A DNA stretch of 64,000 nt, from positions 1-64,000 of the forward strand of contig JAKLEZ010000011.1 of the NCBI GenBank assembly GCA_022711465.1, read 5' to 3'. A model generated the notes under the pieces. It was not told the DNA's origin and ran no database searches. It saw only the letters and a program-made list of their open reading frames with translations. Shown here in pieces: positions 57,510 through 64,000 of the stretch (position 1 is the first letter of the stretch; each line of letters opens with the position of its first letter). A program made the translations under genes and the position numbers. Origin of the DNA: Planctomycetota bacterium (GTDB lineage Bacteria > Planctomycetota > Phycisphaerae > UBA1845 > PWPN01).

Positions 57510-58913
57510 TCACTCCTTGGGCCAGTCCGGCAGCTTGAACTTGAGCACGGCCTTGGTGGTGTGGTTCCGGTAGTGCCCGACCATCATCTTGGACAGCGAC
57601 TGCACCGAGAACCGCGTGCCCTCGATCTTGAGATCGGCGGGCGTGTTGGCCAGGAGATAGCTGAACCGCTCGGTGAACGCCGCGGTTCGCTGAACGTAAC
57701 GGACCATCTCGGAGCTGTCCCAGTCGGGATGGCGGGGCTTGAAGTCGGGGGGCATCTGGGCCGGTCCCCACTTGATCAGCGGGATCTCCGGGTCCATCGC
57801 GTGGTAGACCTGACTGAAGAAGTTCAGTTCCGCGCCCGCGGCGTGCTCGAAGTTCCAGCGGATCGTGTGCGTGCCGTCCGAGGGCTTGTGGTCAAGTTGA
57901 GCCTTGGTGACTTTGCCCAGGGCGTCGATGAGTGCCTGCCGATCGGCTCGCATCGACTCGAGGGCGGCCTGCATGTCGGCGCCCGGTTTGGCCGGCTTGA
58001 AGTCGCAGGCGATGACCGCTACCGGTCCGGGCTTGGCATCCGGCTTCGTCGCTTGCCGAGCGACGGCAATCGTATTGCCCCTGACCTCGCGGAAGGGCAT
58101 GCCAGCCTGCTTGGCCTGGCTCAGGAAAGTGTCGAGCGTGGCCAGCGGGATCTTGCCGACGCTGGTCTTGAAGTGAATCGGCCAGACAAAACGGCGGGGC
58201 TTGATCTGCTTGACTACCTCGATTGCCTGAGTCGGATCGACCGTGTACGTCCCGCCCACCGGGATCAGAAGGACGTCGACGGGGCCAATGGCCGCGAGCT
58301 GCTCGGGGGCCAATGTGTGGCCGAGGTCTCCGCAGTGCAGGATCCGCACGCCGTCGGTTTCAATGATGAACATCGCGTTCTTGCCGCGCTTTGCCCCCGA
58401 CTCCGCGTCATGGAACGTATGAATGCTCTTGACGTGGACGGCATGGCTGGTGGGAGTGCCGGCCTCGGTCTTCGCACGCCACTTGACCTCCGCCTGGTTC
58501 GGCCGGCGGTCGAGGTAATGGTCGATCTCGGCCCAGTTCTTGTCCGGCCTGAGCCCGTGAACGATGACCGGCTTGCCTTTGACCACGTCGAAGCCGGTGT
58601 GATCGAAGTGCTCGTGTGTCGCGAGAACCAGATCGGCAGTCAGGTCCGGCTTCGGGAAGCCCATCTGCTCGGTGGCCGGGAAGGGATCGATCACGATGGT
58701 GAATCCCCAGAAGGTCTCGATCGAGACGCACGCCTGCCCCCACCATCGGATCGCCGTCGGGGCAGACTCCTCGTTCGCGTTCGGAGGTTGGGACGCCTCC
58801 GCGGCCGGTTTCACCGCAGCCGCAGGGGTCGCCTGGCCGCTCTGTGCCACGACCACTGTGCACCAGCTCAACAGGCAAGCGAAGGCCATTGCGCTGAACC
58901 ATCGGCTTCTCAT
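57510..58913 (-). CDS. secreted MBL-fold metallo-hydrolase fused to a DinB-like (DinB_2) C-terminal domain
   Basis: Signal peptide MRSRWFSAMAFACLLSWCTVVVAQ. MBL motif HEHFDHTG. C-terminal WNFEHAAGAELNFFSQVYHAM...HYRNHT is DinB/YfiT-like. Confidence 0.7.
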   Translation of the reverse strand: MRSRWFSAMAFACLLSWCTVVVAQSGQATPAAAVKPAAEASQPPNANEESAPTAIRWWGQACVSIETFWGFTIVIDPFPATEQMGFPKPDLTADLVLATHEHFDHTGFDVVKGKPVIVHGLRPDKNWAEIDHYLDRRPNQAEVKWRAKTEAGTPTSHAVHVKSIHTFHDAESGAKRGKNAMFIIETDGVRILHCGDLGHTLAPEQLAAIGPVDVLLIPVGGTYTVDPTQAIEVVKQIKPRRFVWPIHFKTSVGKIPLATLDTFLSQAKQAGMPFREVRGNTIAVARQATKPDAKPGPVAVIACDFKPAKPGADMQAALESMRADRQALIDALGKVTKAQLDHKPSDGTHTIRWNFEHAAGAELNFFSQVYHAMDPEIPLIKWGPAQMPPDFKPRHPDWDSSEMVRYVQRTAAFTERFSYLLANTPADLKIEGTRFSVQSLSKMMVGHYRNHTTKAVLKFKLPDWPKE

Positions 58914-59093
58914 CGTGATTCTCCTTTGACGGGTGTGTCTCGCTCTCGACCGATCGCCGGCCGTCCTGCTGTCCACCGGTCCCATCACCCTCCGGTTCGT
59001 CAGTGGGGTGTCCGCACAGGGGCCGCTTCCGAACGCTGCGTCATTATAGCAGGTCGGTCGGAGAGGCAGCAGACCGCCATGCCGACCATCCCT

Positions 59094-59513
59094 TTACAGA
59101 TCGGGCAAGTAATGGAGCACCGCAACCGAGATGCTGGCCACAAGGGAGTCAATACCCATCGGCGTGGCCTGCTCGATGAGCCGCCGGAGCATGGCGGTGC
59201 CCACGCCTTGCCGCGTCGAGTCTGGGGCGATGAAGCAGGTGACCTCCGCGGCACGGCAGAGCGAGCTGGCCGGGTGAAGCGGCCGCAGGCAGGCAAAGCC
59301 CGTGACCCGCCTTGTCTCGTCCACGACCACGAACGCCGGATAGCCCTGCGTGGCCTGCAAGAGCTGATCGAAGAATGGGCCGGGCACCGGCTGCTCCGGG
59401 TAAGCGGCGAAGCTGTGGCTGACATAGTGATTGAAGATCTCGACGACCGCGTCACCGTGACAAGCGGTCATTGGTACCAGGGCAAACCGCGTATGCGTCT
59501 TCTCGTTTGTCAT
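59094..59513 (-). CDS. GNAT-family N-acetyltransferase
   Basis: Acetyl-CoA-binding motif RQGVGTAMLRRLIEQA. 140 aa. Confidence 0.75.
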   Translation of the reverse strand: MTNEKTHTRFALVPMTACHGDAVVEIFNHYVSHSFAAYPEQPVPGPFFDQLLQATQGYPAFVVVDETRRVTGFACLRPLHPASSLCRAAEVTCFIAPDSTRQGVGTAMLRRLIEQATPMGIDSLVASISVAVLHYLPDL

Positions 59514-59552
59514 CGACTCAAATGCACCCCATAGCACGTTGACCGACTACCT

Positions 59553-61298
59553 TTATCGCTGTCGTGCAGCTCCGAACAGGTGAAACTCCCAGATCGTCGG
59601 CCCGTCGGTCGCTTCGGTGATGTTCAGACGCACGCGTTGCGCGGTCACCGGATCGAAGCTGACCGCGAGCTGGGCGCCGAGGTTCTCGCCCTGATAGCAT
59701 GGCTTCCACTGCCCCTCCTGGAGGTAGTCGACGGTGAACCTGCGAACGCGCTTGAGTTCCGGGAACGCTTGCTTGATCACGGCACGGCCGATAGTCACCG
59801 GTCTGCCGAGATCAATTTCCAGCCATGCGGACTTAACGCCTCCGTCCGTCGCCCAGCGGGTATCGTGACGGCCGTCCACGGCCCTGTCCGCGCCGTACTC
59901 AGTTTGGTTCTGGTACACGTTCGAAGCCGTGGCCTTGGCGTTCGTGGTCAACGACTTCGGCGCGGGTACTTCGATCGCCGGGATGGCCAGCGATGAACTA
60001 TCCAGTTCCAGAGCCACGATCGTGTCCAGCACCTGACGGTCGCCTTGAGGCACTGAGACCTCCAGCCCGGCGTCCGTCTGGCGAACCACGGCTTCTCCGC
60101 CGGTTAGTGCCTGACTCTTGACCACCTTGGCCGGGATGGCGGGCAGCTTCACCACGTCCGTGGTCCAATCGCGGATGTGGAGGTAGATGGTGTTCCCCTT
60201 GCGCGTCGAGACGCCGTAGTCGCCCGGCTTGAACGGCCCGCCGCGCGTACCGTAAATGCTCTGGCCGTACCTGGCCAGCCACGCACCCATCTCCTTGATG
60301 CGGTTGGCCTGGTCGGGCGCGATCTCGCCGGTCGGCATCGGTCCAACGTTCAGCAGGATATTGCCATCGCCGCCGGCGCCGCGAATGAGCATATCCATGC
60401 AGGCCTCGTACGACTTGACCCCATCTTCCGGCCCGCCCCAGGACCACTGGTCTCTCGACGAGAGGGTCATGCACGATTCCCACGGGCGGCGGACGTCGAA
60501 GCCGCCAATGATCTGCTCGGGCGTGTAGTAGTCCGCTTCCGGGCCAATGTAGTGCCAGTCGCTGTGCCCGATCGGTTCCGGACCGAGATCGAGCCGGTTG
60601 TTGATGACGATCTTGGGCTGCAGGGACTTCACCAGCTTGTATGTCTCGGCCTGGTCGTAGAGCGGCTCGCGGGAATCCCAATCGAACCAGAGCAGATCGA
60701 TGGTGCCGTAGTGGCTGAGCAGTTCGCGCAGCTCGGTCTTCATTCGTTCGAGAAACGCCTTGTTCCGTTCGGTGCGGAAATCCGGATCGCGCCAATCCAT
60801 CGGCGAGAAGTACCAGCCCAGGCGCATGCCTTGCTCGCGGGCCGCCCTGGCCAGTTCGGCGCAGACGTCGCGCTTGAATGGTGTGTTCATGATGTTGTAG
60901 TCTGAGGCTTTCGAGTCCCAGAGCAGGAAGCCGTCGCAGTGCTTGGCGGTGAGCACCATGTACTTCATGCCAGCCGCCTTGGCGAGACTCACCCACTGGG
61001 CGGCGTCGAACTTCGTCGGGTTGAACTGCTTGAACAGATTGTCGTACACCTCGACGGGAATCGGTCCTCGGTTGGGGCACTTGGGATTGGAGTTGGCCCG
61101 CGACCAGCTGATCTCGGTACCCTTGAGGCTGACCGGTCCCCAGTGGATGAACATACCGAAGCGCGCCTCCCCCCACCACTTCATCCGCTCGGGATACGGT
61201 CTGGGCGCGTCCGGCGGCGCTGCCGGCGGAGTCTCGGCGGCATGCAAGACCGGGGTGGTCAGTACCAGGGTGATGATCAAATGTCGAATGTGATTCAT
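59553..61298 (-). CDS. alpha-L-fucosidase (GH29) with C-terminal F5/8 type C (discoidin) domain
   Basis: Signal peptide MNHIRHLIITLVLTTPVLHA. GH29 core ARFGMFIHWGPVS...YMVLTAKHCDGFLLWDS. C-terminal AVDGRHDTRWATDG. Confidence 0.85.
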   Translation of the reverse strand: MNHIRHLIITLVLTTPVLHAAETPPAAPPDAPRPYPERMKWWGEARFGMFIHWGPVSLKGTEISWSRANSNPKCPNRGPIPVEVYDNLFKQFNPTKFDAAQWVSLAKAAGMKYMVLTAKHCDGFLLWDSKASDYNIMNTPFKRDVCAELARAAREQGMRLGWYFSPMDWRDPDFRTERNKAFLERMKTELRELLSHYGTIDLLWFDWDSREPLYDQAETYKLVKSLQPKIVINNRLDLGPEPIGHSDWHYIGPEADYYTPEQIIGGFDVRRPWESCMTLSSRDQWSWGGPEDGVKSYEACMDMLIRGAGGDGNILLNVGPMPTGEIAPDQANRIKEMGAWLARYGQSIYGTRGGPFKPGDYGVSTRKGNTIYLHIRDWTTDVVKLPAIPAKVVKSQALTGGEAVVRQTDAGLEVSVPQGDRQVLDTIVALELDSSSLAIPAIEVPAPKSLTTNAKATASNVYQNQTEYGADRAVDGRHDTRWATDGGVKSAWLEIDLGRPVTIGRAVIKQAFPELKRVRRFTVDYLQEGQWKPCYQGENLGAQLAVSFDPVTAQRVRLNITEATDGPTIWEFHLFGAARQR

Positions 61299-61404
61299 GG
61301 TCAGGATCCTCGATGCAGATGATGGCCTCATTCCGGTCACACGACCATTCCAGTCTCCTGCGAGCCGCGAGACGCTCCACGATTACCACACCGCCGGCGT
61401 GATA

Positions 61405-61731
61405 TCAACGTGGCGCGTGTCCGGCGGCAACGATTTGATGATAGGCCGTGGTCAGGTCCGCGTTGTCCGGGTCATCCCCGGCTGGTATGGGCCCGATGTT
61501 CACGCCGAGCAGCGGCCGAACTGCCTCCCCGCTGACGGCGGATCCGAGCGTCAGCGTGCGCGCCGCTGGGACCGGCTCGTTCCCCCCGGTGTCCGTCGAG
61601 CTCGAGGGCGCACAGCCTGACGGCGACCAAACGCAGCCGATCAGTCCGGCCGCAAGAACAAGTCGGTCTGCAAGAAGATGGTGAAAGCAAGAACGTGTAC
61701 GTCGATGGATCATTGACCATGCGGTCGACAC
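61405..61731 (-). CDS. small lipoprotein-like ORF, possibly a remnant of a glycoside hydrolase N-terminus
   Basis: Lipobox-like LAAGLIGC. LLGVNIGPIP resembles GH N-termini (e.g. GH5 RGVNLGGW). Ends 65 nt upstream of the GH29 start. Weak. Confidence 0.3.
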   Translation of the reverse strand: MSTAWSMIHRRTRSCFHHLLADRLVLAAGLIGCVWSPSGCAPSSSTDTGGNEPVPAARTLTLGSAVSGEAVRPLLGVNIGPIPAGDDPDNADLTTAYHQIVAAGHAPR

Positions 61732-62013
61732 TGGTGACCTCCAGTACAGAGAACAAGGAATGTGACCCGTGACGTCGGGAGCGAGCGGTCCACACGGCTT
61801 GAGCGTCCTTACTATCCGATTGAGGCTGGAATGGCAAGGCAGGCGATAGGGGATGACCTCGCAGCGGAGCGAGCAGGTTCTGTTCGGATCCTCGCCGCGG
61901 GCGCGAGTCCGTTGTCTCGATGCTCTGGCGTTTTGACGTTTCGCCTCTCGGTTTTATGTCTCTCCCCGTTCGTGTACACTACGCACTTGGGCTCGTAGCG
62001 CGAGGAGTACGTC

Positions 62014-62748
62014 ATGACGCAGCCGATAGGCAATCAGCACAAGGAACCGGCCGGCTTGCACCCGGTGCCGGCCCCGGAGGAGACCTGGCGGATCTTCCGG
62101 ATCATGGCCGAGTTCGTCGAGGGCTTCGAGCTCATGAGCCAGATCGGACCGGCGGTCACGGTCTACGGCTCGGCTCGGCTCACGCCGGTGAGCGACACCT
62201 ACGAGCATGCGGTCGTCCTCGGCCGCAAGCTGGTTCGAGCCGGGTTTGCGGTGATCACCGGCGGCGGGCCGGGGATCATGGAGGCCGCGAACCGGGGAGC
62301 CTTCGAGGCCGGCGGGATCAGTGTGGGGCTCAACATCCAGATCCCCACCGAGCAGCAACCCAACCCGTATGTCACCCACGGCCTGTCGTTCGACTACTTC
62401 TTCGCCCGCAAGGTCATGTTCGTGAAATACGCCGTCGCCCTGGCGTGCTTCCCGGGCGGATTCGGGACGATGGATGAGCTGTTTGAGATCCTCACCTTGT
62501 TGCAGACCCACAAGACCAAGCCTTCGCCGGTCGTGTTGATCGGAACCGGATTCTGGAGCCCCCTGGTCGACTGGATGCGGAAGACGCTGATCGAGGAGTA
62601 CGCCACGGTCAGCCAATCGGACGTCGATTTGTTCATGTTGACCGACGACCTGGATGCGGCCGTCGAGTACATCCGGACCAAGGCCGCCGAGGCCGGCCCG
62701 TTGTGGGTCAATCCGCCCAGCGGCACGGGTGGCTTCGTGAAACGCTAG
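62014..62748 (+). CDS. LOG-family protein (TIGR00730; cytokinin riboside 5'-monophosphate phosphoribohydrolase-like)
   Basis: VTVYGSARLTP...VITGGGPGIMEAANRGA...PGGFGTMDELFE are the LOG/TIGR00730 signatures. Confidence 0.85.
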   Translation: MTQPIGNQHKEPAGLHPVPAPEETWRIFRIMAEFVEGFELMSQIGPAVTVYGSARLTPVSDTYEHAVVLGRKLVRAGFAVITGGGPGIMEAANRGAFEAGGISVGLNIQIPTEQQPNPYVTHGLSFDYFFARKVMFVKYAVALACFPGGFGTMDELFEILTLLQTHKTKPSPVVLIGTGFWSPLVDWMRKTLIEEYATVSQSDVDLFMLTDDLDAAVEYIRTKAAEAGPLWVNPPSGTGGFVKR

Positions 62749-62875
62749 GACGGACCCGTAACGAGCCATGGGTGATGAGCGGCTGATACGCGGGAGACGG
62801 ACGGGCAGGCGGTTGGGCGATTCCTCGCAGATTCGGCACCACTGCGAGCGACTTACCCCTGTTGGCCTTCCCGGG

Positions 62876-64000
62876 ATGATGCCTCTTTCAGTGCAGACGG
62901 CCACGACAGTCCTCGCCGTGCTTGGGCTGGTACTGCCGGCCATCCAAGCCCAGGTTCAACCTGCCGCGGCCGACCCGGTTCAGGTCGAGACCCTAGAGCG
63001 GACACTGGTCGCGGTGGCGGAGACCGTCCGGCCATCGGTGGTGGCGATTCGGGCCAATCGACCGATCGACAGCAGCGAAACACAGGAAGCCCCTGAACCG
63101 CCCCCGAACGGTGGAGTACGTCAAGGTTCCAGCCAGCGGGGACGACCAGGGGAGCGGCGATACCCGTCTGTTGGCAGCGGGGTGATCATCAGTCCGGACG
63201 GCCAGATCCTGACCAACGAGCACGTCGTGGCCGGGGCCCAGCCAGACGATATCACCTGCATCCTGGCCAGCGGCGAGAGCTACCGCGTGCAGGAGGTCTA
63301 TGCCGACCCGCGAAGTGATTTGGCGGTGGTGACGATCGGGGCCAAGGGTCTCAAGCCGGCCGTTCTGGGCAGCCTGGAGACCGTCAGGCAGGGCCAGTTC
63401 GCGATCGTGATGGGCAACCCTTTCGGGTCCGCCCTGGAGAGCCGCGGCCGGCCGGCCATGTCGTTCGGCGTGATCAGCGCCCTGGGCCGGGGCCTGAACC
63501 AGCAGTTCGATCCCCTGATGAGCCAGCGTTACTACGGCAACCTCATCCAGACGGACGCCCGCATCAACCCGGGCAATAGCGGCGGCCCGCTCCTAAACCT
63601 GAAAGGCGAGGTCATCGGCATCAACACGGCCATTTCTTCCCGCTCCGGCGGAAACGAGGGAATGGGTTATGCGATTCCCATGAGTGCCCGAACCAAGGAG
63701 ATCATCGCCGCTCTGGCCCGCGGAGAGGAGGTCGAGTACGGGTTCCTCGGGGTCGGGCTCCGGTCCATCCGCGACGAGGAGCCGCGAGGCAGTGATGGCC
63801 CGACGGGAGCACTGGTCGATTCGATTGAGCGGGAAGCCCCGGCGGCCGCAGCTGATCTGAAGATCGGCGACATCATCCTGACGGTGGACGGGCATGCGGT
63901 CCGGGATGCCGATGAGGCCATCGCGTTGATCGGCGGAGCACGGGTGGGAGTGCCGATGCAGCTGATCTTCCGCCGGGGTTCGCGACGTTTGACCACCCAG
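62876..64000 (+). CDS. HtrA/DegP-family serine protease (trypsin-like S1C + PDZ), 3'-truncated by the window end
   Basis: Not in the ORF track because there is no stop inside the window. Frame is open from ATG 62876 to 64000. Signal peptide MMPLSVQTATTVLAVLGLVLPAIQA. Catalytic triad context TNEHVV...DLAVV...GNSGGPLLN. PDZ motif LKIGDIILTVDGHAV. Confidence 0.8.
   Translation, partial: MMPLSVQTATTVLAVLGLVLPAIQAQVQPAAADPVQVETLERTLVAVAETVRPSVVAIRANRPIDSSETQEAPEPPPNGGVRQGSSQRGRPGERRYPSVGSGVIISPDGQILTNEHVVAGAQPDDITCILASGESYRVQEVYADPRSDLAVVTIGAKGLKPAVLGSLETVRQGQFAIVMGNPFGSALESRGRPAMSFGVISALGRGLNQQFDPLMSQRYYGNLIQTDARINPGNSGGPLLNLKGEVIGINTAISSRSGGNEGMGYAIPMSARTKEIIAALARGEEVEYGFLGVGLRSIRDEEPRGSDGPTGALVDSIEREAPAAAADLKIGDIILTVDGHAVRDADEAIALIGGARVGVPMQLIFRRGSRRLTTQ

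Noticed and set aside
59998-61389. 463-aa ORF on the minus strand overlapping the GH29 fucosidase gene in a different frame
   Set aside because: Arg/Gly/Pro-rich low-complexity translation typical of out-of-frame reading of high-GC coding DNA. The in-frame GH29 reading has clear family motifs.

Overview
This is a 64-kb, high-GC (~65-68%) window that looks chromosomal and is most likely from a member of the Planctomycetota. The phylum call rests on a DUF1559 pseudopilin-like protein with an H-X9-DG C-terminus, many TAT-signal Gfo/Idh/MocA oxidoreductases beside a DUF1080 hydrolase, and large secreted proteins with Cys-containing dockerin-like Ca-binding repeats. Because of the high GC, the six-frame track is full of long antisense or out-of-frame ORFs, and these were rejected.

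About 48 CDSs are supported. Housekeeping genes include zwf, carA with an overlapping trpG/pabA-type glutamine amidotransferase, yggS, trmB, miaA, a dus gene, hsp20, addB-addA next to comEC, crcB-DUF190, a CDP-alcohol phosphatidyltransferase coupled to a PAP2 phosphatase, a LOG-family gene and an htrA truncated at the window end. There is also a glycan-degradation neighbourhood with GH95 and GH29/F5-8C fucosidases, two Gfo/Idh/MocA oxidoreductases, DUF1080 and a DUF3472-like protein. No rRNA, tRNA, CRISPR array, transposase or integrase was recognised.

The most interesting items, in order:
- A stand-alone 131-aa protein with two MshEN-type c-di-GMP-binding motifs sits 25 nt upstream of an HDOD-GGDEF diguanylate cyclase.
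- An 841-aa secreted protein has an N-terminal BNR/sialidase-like domain and a C-terminus resembling the globular domain of the T2SS pseudopilin GspG.
- A probable operon encodes a COG2509 FAD-dependent oxidoreductase, a Cys-rich YkgJ-like protein and a close RhlB-type rhamnosyltransferase homologue, but no RhlA partner.
- Tandem YtrA-like GntR paralogues, the second lacking helix 1, lie upstream of an SPFH/stomatin gene behind an AT-rich promoter dense with inverted repeats.
- A degenerate octanucleotide tandem array sits in an intergenic region, bracketed by a 12-bp inverted repeat.
- The same Cys-containing dockerin-like C-terminal module appears on two unrelated large secreted proteins.

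All functional calls come from motif recognition by eye; none has been checked against a database.
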